The notes beneath the pieces are model-generated. The model was not told the origin of the DNA. It made no database searches and worked only from the letters and a program-made list of their open reading frames with translations. Of a stretch of 64,000 nucleotides of DNA, positions 56,517-64,000 are shown piece by piece (position 1 is the first letter of the stretch; the number at the start of each line of letters is the position of its first letter). Position numbers and translations under genes: made by a program. Origin of the DNA: an uncultured Bacteroidia bacterium (lineage in GTDB: Bacteria; Bacteroidota; Bacteroidia; Bacteroidales; UBA932); the NCBI GenBank assembly GCA_902768665.1, contig CACXMA010000009.1, positions 11,879-75,878 of the forward strand, in the 5' to 3' direction.

Positions 56517-57566
56517 TTAGTCCGGAATATTGAGCGGCTTGAACTGCTTCTGGCGCTGCTGCCAGCGTTCGCGGGCATACTGCTGCATGTCGGTCACCGT
56601 ATCGTTCTCGTCGATGATTTCCATGCCGAGGATGGTTTCGATGATATCCTCGAGGGTGATGAGGCCCTGGAACGAGCCGTATTCGTCAATGATCAGGGCG
56701 ATCTGGTCCTTGGTCTTGAGGAGGGACTCCCAGATGTCGCTGACCGTGGCCTCTTCGTTGAAAACGGCGATAGGACGCTTGACGGAGGAGAGCTTGACGG
56801 AGAACTTGTCCTCGGTCAGCAGCTCCAGCACGTCGTAGCGGAGGACATAGCCGGTGATGAACTCGGGCGAATCGGCATAGACCGGGATGCGGGAATTGTG
56901 CGACAGGGACTCGTCCTTGTAGAACTCCTTGAGGGTCATGGACTCGGGAGCGATGGCGGCGACCACACGCGGGGTCATGACGTCGTAGGCCTTGATGTCG
57001 TCGAGTTTGATGATGTTCTGGATGACCTTGTTCTCGCTCTTGTCGATGATGCCCTCTTCCTCGGCCATACCGGCCATCGCGGAGACTTCCTCGCGGGAAA
57101 TGGAGGTGTCGACCTCGTCGATGTCGAGCCGCTTGCGGAAGAGTTCGATGAGAATCACCAGCGGGTACATCAGCGTCACCAGGAGCTTCATCGGGCGGGA
57201 GAGCCAGAGGAGCCTGCGCCACTGGGAGGTGCCGATGGTCTTGGGGATGATTTCCGAAAAGACGAGGATCAGCAGGGTCATCAGGGCGGACACGAGGCCG
57301 AACCACTCGTTGCCGAAGACCTTGTTGGTCTGGTAGCCGACGCCGGCGGCGCCGATGGTGTTGGCGATGGTGTTCAGCGAAAGGATGGCCGCGAGCGGAC
57401 GGTCGGGCTCCTGTTTGAAACGCATGAAAAGCCGGGCATTGCGGTCGCCGTCCTCCTCACGCATGGTGATGAAGGAAACCTGCGCCGACATCAGCACGGA
57501 CTCCAGCAGTGAGCAGAGAAAGGACACTGCCATTGCGCCGAAAAGATATATGAGAAGAAGCCCCAT
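56517..57566 (-). CDS. CNNM/CBS domain (hemolysin-family, TlyC-like) protein
   Basis: SFLCSLLES, ILSLNTIAN, SEIIPKT, VMTPR, DEYG..TLEDIIETILG.EI.DEND. Confidence 0.9.
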   Translation of the reverse strand: MGLLLIYLFGAMAVSFLCSLLESVLMSAQVSFITMREEDGDRNARLFMRFKQEPDRPLAAILSLNTIANTIGAAGVGYQTNKVFGNEWFGLVSALMTLLILVFSEIIPKTIGTSQWRRLLWLSRPMKLLVTLMYPLVILIELFRKRLDIDEVDTSISREEVSAMAGMAEEEGIIDKSENKVIQNIIKLDDIKAYDVMTPRVVAAIAPESMTLKEFYKDESLSHNSRIPVYADSPEFITGYVLRYDVLELLTEDKFSVKLSSVKRPIAVFNEEATVSDIWESLLKTKDQIALIIDEYGSFQGLITLEDIIETILGMEIIDENDTVTDMQQYARERWQQRQKQFKPLNIPD

Positions 57567-57609
57567 TGCGGCCGTTTTGCATTACAATCTGCAAAGATAG
57601 CAAAAAAAT

Positions 57610-57687
57610 AGATTCCACGAACAGGTCGTGGAATGACAGAGTAGAACAAGCCGTGGAATGAAAACTATAACAAGTCGTGGAATGACA
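57610..57687. repeat. REP-like palindrome plus two degenerate half copies
   Basis: AGATTCCACGAACAGGTCGTGGAATGAC followed by AACAAGCCGTGGAATGA and AACAAGTCGTGGAATGAC. Confidence 0.8.
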
Positions 57688-57689
57688 AA

Positions 57690-58235
57690 TCAGTGGTGGA
57701 GAGTCATGCCGAAGGTGAGGCGCCAGCCGTGGTATTTCGTGCCGTCAGCCTTGCAGGGCATGAGGTCGCGGGTGTATTCCCCTGTGATATAGAAGGTATA
57801 GAGGTAGAGCGTCGCGCCGTAGTTGCCGGACACGAGGAAGCGGCCTTCCTCGTCGTGGAAGCCGGCTTCCCAGCTGTAGGGCCGGGTATAGCTGTAGGCC
57901 CCGGTCACGCCGGCATGGACGCAGAGGGAACTGTAATGCGTAAGGTCCAGCACGTCCAGCACCAGCTTGACGGGAATGCCGAGGCGAAGGGCCTCGTCCT
58001 GACTCCCCCGGAGATGCCGGAAATCTCCCTCCAGGCCGAAGTCGAGAAAGAAGGGCGTCGGGTGGAAGATGAAGGAAGACTCCACGAGCTCGAAGCCGTA
58101 GGCGTTCTGGCGGGGCATGCCGGCGGCGTTGGACAGGCCTCCGGTGAAACCGAGACGGCTGTACTGGGCAGAAATGGTGCCGGAGAGCAGGAGCAGCGCG
58201 GCTAATATGGTGATAATGCGGCGTTTCATAGGCAT
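57690..58235 (-). CDS. Small outer membrane beta-barrel-like protein
   Basis: Signal peptide, alternating beta strands, C-terminal WRLTFGMTL. Confidence 0.6.
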   Translation of the reverse strand: MPMKRRIITILAALLLLSGTISAQYSRLGFTGGLSNAAGMPRQNAYGFELVESSFIFHPTPFFLDFGLEGDFRHLRGSQDEALRLGIPVKLVLDVLDLTHYSSLCVHAGVTGAYSYTRPYSWEAGFHDEEGRFLVSGNYGATLYLYTFYITGEYTRDLMPCKADGTKYHGWRLTFGMTLHH

Positions 58236-58320
58236 GACATTTGTTGCAAATATAAGGAAAAATTAGATATATTACCTTTTTATTTCTATCTTTGTTGTTG
58301 ACCACAAACACTTTCCAGCC

Positions 58321-59733
58321 ATGAAAGCCCATCATATCCTCCTGGCGCTGGGCGCCACTCTTCTCTATACGGCAACACTTAGCGCCCAGGGACGCGACAA
58401 CCGCTGGGACACCGGCGTGTCCGGCAACGGCGCCCTTGGCCAGGCCATCACCCTCGCCGGCGGCGGCGACTTTTCCGTTCCGCCCGCTTCCGGCCCCACC
58501 TCCGTCGGCAGTTCCGACAGCAGTTCCGACAGCAGTTCCTCCGGGGACGGCAGCTACTCCAGTGGCAGCTATTCCGGCGACTACAGCGGCGTCGGCTCCG
58601 CCATTGCCGGCGGCCTGATCGGCGGCCGGGGCACCTCCCGCTTTCTCGGGCCCGGCGACGACGACGCCCGCTGGGATTTCTCCGACGAGCGCGTCGACGG
58701 CATCCATGGCCTGTGGTACGGCATCCGCGGCATCGGCCGGGGCATCGGCAGTGTCGGAGAATGGATCGGTGACGGAATCGGCAACCTGTTCTCGTCCAAC
58801 AATTTCCGGGCGAAAAGCGGTTGCATCATGGATACCAACGGGACGGTCTATGAGGTCTGGGGCCGCCGCAACAAAGGCTACGGCATCCACAGCAGCCGCA
58901 AGAAATGGGAAGTGAGGCCTTTCTATGAGAACATCCGCCTCGTCGCCCTGCACGGCGCCGTCGCGAAGTTCAAAGGCTTCTGGGGCATGATCGACCCTCT
59001 AAGCGGCAAGACGCTCAAGGACTTCGAGTTCGTCTATGACAAATACTCCGGTTACTACTATCCCGACGGTCCCGCCTATTTCGTCTGCGCCTTCGGGCAG
59101 ACGTCCCCCAACGGCATCGAGAACTGGATCCTCGCGATCCCGGACGGTGAAGGCGGATACTACCGCAGCCCGGAGGAATACGCCAAGATCGAGGTGTTCG
59201 TCGACCAGGCCCGCTATGTCCGCGCCATCTGCAGGGACCACAATGGCAAGTATTCCATGCGCGGCGGTGGCGGCAAAGAGATCCTTCCCGCCGAGTTCAG
59301 CGACATTCGGTATACCGGCTTCTCCTATGGGGACGACTCCTACTATGTGTCTCACTACCAGTGCGTCAACGAAGACGGCATCGGCATCTTCGACAGCGAG
59401 GGCAAGTGTGTCGTGGCCCCGATGTTCGACCGGGTGGACTCGATGAAGCAGTACGGCTACCTCTGCCACCGGGTCGACGGCGGCAAAGATGACGTCACCC
59501 TTATCAATCCCGAAGGCGACGTAGTCGTGGGCGACGCAATGATGATTTCCTACGACTCCGTCTGGTTGGGCGGCAAGACGCGCATTTTCCTCACCGTCCA
59601 GAACAGCGACGGCAAATATGCCATCTACAACACCAAAGGCCGGCGCCTTACCCCGTTTGTCAACCGCCCGTCGCAGTTGCCGGACAAGTACGATCTCAAC
59701 GCGGCAGATCTCGAAGAGTACCGCATCTACTAA
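58321..59733 (+). CDS. Secreted protein with Gly/Ser-rich N-region and WG-repeat-like C-region
   Basis: Signal peptide; FWGMID, GIGIFDSEGKCVVAPMFD, GKYAIYNTKG. Confidence 0.65.
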   Translation: MKAHHILLALGATLLYTATLSAQGRDNRWDTGVSGNGALGQAITLAGGGDFSVPPASGPTSVGSSDSSSDSSSSGDGSYSSGSYSGDYSGVGSAIAGGLIGGRGTSRFLGPGDDDARWDFSDERVDGIHGLWYGIRGIGRGIGSVGEWIGDGIGNLFSSNNFRAKSGCIMDTNGTVYEVWGRRNKGYGIHSSRKKWEVRPFYENIRLVALHGAVAKFKGFWGMIDPLSGKTLKDFEFVYDKYSGYYYPDGPAYFVCAFGQTSPNGIENWILAIPDGEGGYYRSPEEYAKIEVFVDQARYVRAICRDHNGKYSMRGGGGKEILPAEFSDIRYTGFSYGDDSYYVSHYQCVNEDGIGIFDSEGKCVVAPMFDRVDSMKQYGYLCHRVDGGKDDVTLINPEGDVVVGDAMMISYDSVWLGGKTRIFLTVQNSDGKYAIYNTKGRRLTPFVNRPSQLPDKYDLNAADLEEYRIY

Positions 59734-59736
59734 AAA

Positions 59737-59762
59737 AGATGCCCGATCGCTCGGGCATGACG
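59737..59762. repeat. REP-like palindrome between convergent genes
   Basis: AGATGCCCGA-TCGC-TCGGGCATGACG; AGAT...TGAC ends as in the other copies. Confidence 0.7.
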
Positions 59763-59767
59763 GTTCC

Positions 59768-60382
59768 CTACAGTTTCAGCAGCCGCTCCACGAGGATGCG
59801 GCAGAGCGCTGTACCGGAAAAGCCCGGCGTGGGGCGAAGGCAGATATAGATCCGGTCTCCGGACGGGAGCGTCATCGCAGCCTGCGCATACTTCTCGAGG
59901 CCGCCGTCCAGGACCTCCTCCCGCGTCGCCGTAAAGAGGTGGAAATCGGCTCCGGTCGGGGGCATGACACTGAGAAAGTCGCTTTCCGGATAAGTATTCT
60001 TTATTACATCAAGCCCCGAAACGGCCACGATGTCGGCGATGAGCCGGGGCAGGACATGGGCCTCGCAAAAGCCCGTGACCGCAGCGGTGACACGCCCGGC
60101 CGAACGGCCCGAAGCGTTCAGCGTTCCGAAGAGCGCATCCGCCTCCCCATAGGCGTCAAGAATCCGCTCCGCATAGACCAGAAAATGCTCTCCAGCTTCC
60201 GTCAAAGCCACTTCTCCCCTGCCGCGGACAAAGAGATCCGCGCCATAGGTGCGCTCCAGGTCACCGATCTGCTGGCTCACCGCCGGCTGGGTGATTCCGA
60301 GCGAACGGGCGGCCTGCGTGAAGTTTCCGAGACGGGCCGCCGTGACAAAGGTCCGGAGCTTGGCGTCCTCATACTTTCCCAT
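59768..60382 (-). CDS. Short LysR-family transcriptional regulator
   Basis: LRTFVTAARLGNFTQAARSLGITQPAVSQQI..LTEAG HTH; effector domain shortened. Confidence 0.8.
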   Translation of the reverse strand: MGKYEDAKLRTFVTAARLGNFTQAARSLGITQPAVSQQIGDLERTYGADLFVRGRGEVALTEAGEHFLVYAERILDAYGEADALFGTLNASGRSAGRVTAAVTGFCEAHVLPRLIADIVAVSGLDVIKNTYPESDFLSVMPPTGADFHLFTATREEVLDGGLEKYAQAAMTLPSGDRIYICLRPTPGFSGTALCRILVERLLKL

Positions 60383-60490
60383 AAGCAAGACTTATTATTT
60401 AGGGCAAAAGTAAACAAAGCCTTTCAATCCTCCAAAGTTTTTTATTATATTTGCGTAATATAGTTTGATTGTACAACCAAAAACAATAGT

Positions 60491-63340
60491 ATGAAGAAAT
60501 TTTTCCTGTTCTTCGCGGTCCTCGGCCTAGCCGCCACGACCGCCCTCCGCGCCCAGGACATGGACGAGGCCAGCCGCTACATGATGCAGAACCTCCCCAA
60601 TGATCCTGCTGTCCGCGTCGGCCACCTCGACAACGGCCTGACGTATTACCTGCTGCACAACGCCCTGCCCGAGAAGCGTGCCGAGTTCTACCTCGCCACC
60701 AATGTCGGCGGCATCCAGGAGACCCCCGACCAGGACGGTCTCGCCCACTTCCTCGAGCACATGTGCTTCAACGGCACCGAGCATTTCCCCGGCAAGGGCA
60801 TCCTTGACTATCTCCGCAGTATCGGCGCCGAGTTCGGCCGCAACATCAACGCCTCCACCGGTTTCGAGGAGACCCAGTACATGCTCAACAACATTCCCGT
60901 CGAGCGCCCGACCGTGGTCGACACCTGCCTGATGATCCTCGCCGACTACTCCCACTACGTGCTGAACGAGACCGAGGAGATCGACGCCGAGCGCGGCGTC
61001 ATCATCGAGGAGCGCCGCCAGCGCCGCAACGCCCAGTGGCGTCTGCTGGAGCGCAGCTTCCCCTACTGGTTCGGCGACTGCAAATACGCCACCTGCACGC
61101 TGATCGGCCAGCAGGAGAGCCTGGAGACCTTCAAGCCCGAGAGCCTCCACAACTTCTACAAGACCTGGTACTACCCGGGCAACCAGGCCGTCGTCGTGAT
61201 CGGTGACATCGACGTCGACCGCACCGAGGCCAAGATCAAGGAGATCTTCGGTTCCATCCCGGCCAACCCGAACCCCCAGCCCAAGGAAGTCATCACGCCC
61301 CCGGCTCACGAGCAGCCCTATGTCGGCGCCCTGACCGATCCGGAAGCCACCTCCGCCAGCATCATGCTCATGTGGATGGGCCAGGCCGCCCCGGAAGAGT
61401 ACAATCCGACCCGTGCCATGCTCCTCAACGACCTGCTTCAGCGCCTTGTCTCGAACATCATGTACGAGCGTTTCCAGGACATCACCTCCGATCCCGATTC
61501 CCCGTACGAGAGCGCATCTTTCGCCATCGGCGGTTCCGTCATCTATGAGAACACCGACGCCGTCATCGGCGAGGTGACCCTCAAGGAAGACCGCATCATG
61601 GAAGGCTACAAGGCCTTCGTCGAGGAAATCGAGCGCCTGGTCCGCTTCGGCGTCGCCGACGACGAGGTCGAGCGTGCCAAAGCCTCCATCCTCAGCTCCT
61701 ACGAGAATGCCGTCAAGCGCGCCGCAACCCGCAAGAACGCCGAGTTCGTCTATCCGATCCTCAACAACTTCTTCGACAAGAAGCCTTACATGGTCCCCGA
61801 AGAGGCCCACAAGGAAGTCGAGCAGCTCCTCCAGAACTTCAACGCGCAGATCATCTCCATGATGGTCAGCCAGATCCCGATGGTCGAGACCAACAACTTC
61901 ACGATCCTCTACACCGGTCCCGAGAAGGCGGGCATCGCCACCCCGACGGAGGAAGAGCTCCTCAGCGCCTACCGCGAGGTCAAGGCCTCCGACATCAAGG
62001 CCGGTGAACAGAACGCCGTCGCAGAGTCCTTCCTCGATCCCGAGACCCTCGCCGGCGCCGGCGTCGACAAAACCCGCACCATCCTCTACGGCACGACCGA
62101 ATGGACCCTCGCCAACGGCATCACCGTCTATGTCAAGCCCACCAAGTTCGCCGAGAACCAGATTCTCCTCAACATCTTCGAGAACGGCGGTCTCTCCATC
62201 GTTCCGGAAGGCGACATGGCCAGCTTCAACAACGCCATCGTCAGCGTCTTCAACGGCAACAGCGGCGTAGGTCCGTTCTCCGGCACCGAGGTCTCCAAGA
62301 TGCTCGCCGGCAAGAGCCTCTCCGTGTCCCCTTATTTCGGCGCCTACAAGCACGGCGTCAACGGCCGCAGCTCCATCAAGGACCTCGAGACCGCCCTGCA
62401 GATCATCTACCTCTATTATACCGATCCTCGCTTCGACGAGAAGGAGTGGAACAACGGCATCGCCCAGTTCAAGAGCATGCTCCCGAACCTGGAGAACACG
62501 CCCGACTTCATCTTCGCCAAGCGCCTCATGAAGCTCCTCTACGACAGCCCGCGCCACGAGCAGATCTCCATGGACGTGGTGAACCGCGCAGACCTCAAGG
62601 TCTTCGAGAAGAACTACCGCAAGCTCTTCGGTGACGCCACCGGCGCCAAGATGACCATCGTCGGCGACGTCGATCTCGAGACGCTGAAGCCGCTTGTCGA
62701 GAAGTATATCGGCTCCCTGCCGACCGGCAAGACCGCATCGACCTGGGAGAAGAGCGACAAGGGCATCGTCAGCGGCAAGGTCAGCGACGACTATCTCACC
62801 GACATGACGACCCCGCAGACGACCGTGATCAATGTCTACAGCGTCGACACCCGCTATGACGAGCGCACCGCCGTCGCCCTCGACATCGTCCAGTATATCC
62901 TCGACATGCGCTATGTCCAGTCCCTCCGCGAGGAAGAAGGCGGCACCTACGGCGCCAGCACCGCAACGGCCCTCCAGCGCCGTCCCGCCGGCAAGGCTCT
63001 CGTGCAGACCTACTTCAACTGCAACCCGGCCAAGGCTGACCTCCTCCGCGAGCTCGCCGCCAAGGGTATCGCCGAGCTGGCCGCCGAAGGCCCGACCGAC
63101 GAGGAAATGACCCAGGCCCTGCTGAATCTCCGCAAGAACCTGCCGGAGAGCCGCATCAGCAACGCCTACTGGGCCGGCCAGATCGAGAACTGGATCGACT
63201 ACGCCGAGGACGCCGACACGCTCCGTGAGACGGCTCTCCAGCTCGTCACCAAGGAGGATGTGAAAAACATCACCAAGGCGATGATCGAGAGCGGCAACTT
63301 CATCGAACTCGTCCAGCGCCCGACCAAGGAGGCCGAATAA
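60491..63340 (+). CDS. M16 (insulinase/PqqL-like) zinc peptidase
   Basis: Signal peptide, LDNGLTYY, GLAHFLEHMCFNG (HxxEH), LREEEGGTYG. Confidence 0.93.
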   Translation: MKKFFLFFAVLGLAATTALRAQDMDEASRYMMQNLPNDPAVRVGHLDNGLTYYLLHNALPEKRAEFYLATNVGGIQETPDQDGLAHFLEHMCFNGTEHFPGKGILDYLRSIGAEFGRNINASTGFEETQYMLNNIPVERPTVVDTCLMILADYSHYVLNETEEIDAERGVIIEERRQRRNAQWRLLERSFPYWFGDCKYATCTLIGQQESLETFKPESLHNFYKTWYYPGNQAVVVIGDIDVDRTEAKIKEIFGSIPANPNPQPKEVITPPAHEQPYVGALTDPEATSASIMLMWMGQAAPEEYNPTRAMLLNDLLQRLVSNIMYERFQDITSDPDSPYESASFAIGGSVIYENTDAVIGEVTLKEDRIMEGYKAFVEEIERLVRFGVADDEVERAKASILSSYENAVKRAATRKNAEFVYPILNNFFDKKPYMVPEEAHKEVEQLLQNFNAQIISMMVSQIPMVETNNFTILYTGPEKAGIATPTEEELLSAYREVKASDIKAGEQNAVAESFLDPETLAGAGVDKTRTILYGTTEWTLANGITVYVKPTKFAENQILLNIFENGGLSIVPEGDMASFNNAIVSVFNGNSGVGPFSGTEVSKMLAGKSLSVSPYFGAYKHGVNGRSSIKDLETALQIIYLYYTDPRFDEKEWNNGIAQFKSMLPNLENTPDFIFAKRLMKLLYDSPRHEQISMDVVNRADLKVFEKNYRKLFGDATGAKMTIVGDVDLETLKPLVEKYIGSLPTGKTASTWEKSDKGIVSGKVSDDYLTDMTTPQTTVINVYSVDTRYDERTAVALDIVQYILDMRYVQSLREEEGGTYGASTATALQRRPAGKALVQTYFNCNPAKADLLRELAAKGIAELAAEGPTDEEMTQALLNLRKNLPESRISNAYWAGQIENWIDYAEDADTLRETALQLVTKEDVKNITKAMIESGNFIELVQRPTKEAE

Positions 63341-64000
63341 TGGCCCGGAGCAGAGACGACAGCAGACGCCGTGACGGCCTCGGGGTGGCCCTTATGTGGG
63401 GCCTCCTCGGGGTTGTCTCGCGCCTGCCGCTCCGTTTCCACCTGCGGGTGTTCCGGCTGGTGTCGTGGTTCCTCGAAAAGGTGCTGCACTACCGCCGGGA
63501 CGAGCTGATGATCAACCTGTCCCGCAGTTTCCCCGACAAGAAATACAAGCAGCTCAAGCAGATCCGCCACCGGGCCTACGTCCACATGGGCGACCTGATG
63601 GCCGGAGCCGTCCGCTTCAGCCGCTACCGCGGGAAGAACGCCTCGGCCCGCTTCCGCCGCAATCCGCCGGCGGAAGTTCTCAACCCGGAAGTCCTCAACG
63701 AGCTCTACGACAACAGCCCCTCGGTGATGGTCCTCACCGGCCACGCCGGCAACTGGGAGCTGATTCCGGGCATCCCCGACATGGTCCCGGCGGACCGGCC
63801 GTGGCATTTCGACCGCAAGGACCTCATTATCGTCTACAAGCAGCTGAGCAGCCACTTGTGGGACCGGGTCATCAAGCGGAACCGCAGCAGCATCCTCGGC
63901 CCCGGCAATGAAAGTCTCCAGGAGACCAACCGCATCCTCCGCTACGCCCTCGAGCACCGCGGACAGAAGAAGGTCTACGTCTTCCCGACGGACCAGTTCC
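63340..64000 (+). CDS. Lipid A (LpxL/HtrB-like) acyltransferase, partial
   Basis: Manual translation from ATG 63340: YRRDELMINLSRSFPDK, LTGHAGNWE, VYKQL; runs off the window edge. Confidence 0.8.
   Translation, partial: MARSRDDSRRRDGLGVALMWGLLGVVSRLPLRFHLRVFRLVSWFLEKVLHYRRDELMINLSRSFPDKKYKQLKQIRHRAYVHMGDLMAGAVRFSRYRGKNASARFRRNPPAEVLNPEVLNELYDNSPSVMVLTGHAGNWELIPGIPDMVPADRPWHFDRKDLIIVYKQLSSHLWDRVIKRNRSSILGPGNESLQETNRILRYALEHRGQKKVYVFPTDQF

Overview
High-GC Bacteroidales-type chromosomal window (repeated TAnnTTTG -7 promoter boxes, lipoprotein fimbrillins). Left third: CPA2 antiporter, a surface-polysaccharide cluster (GT2, GT4, pyruvyltransferase, FrhB-like Fe-S protein, flippase) interrupted by fucP, then glnS, yicC, a hicAB toxin-antitoxin pair, an ABC exporter, holA, hpf, a Xer recombinase, CCA-adding enzyme, tRNA-Val, a YtrA-like GntR/ABC/beta-barrel operon, aspA, a GltD-like oxidoreductase and queC. 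The dominant feature is a ~26-kb locus (29.1-55.3 kb) of two divergent, mirror-image type V pilus (fimbrillin) operons. Each runs DUF3575-like barrel, DUF5119-like lipoprotein, pilins, then large tip-like proteins. Both share an internal hairpin after the major pilin(s), Lys-only processing motifs, AT-richer C-terminal tip domains and a motif-rich control region; a third, truncated DUF3575 gene follows. At least two families of small palindromic or structured repeats are scattered through the window, some inserted in-frame in genes. No CRISPR array, reverse transcriptase or transposase was seen. Family names come from motif recognition, not database searches.
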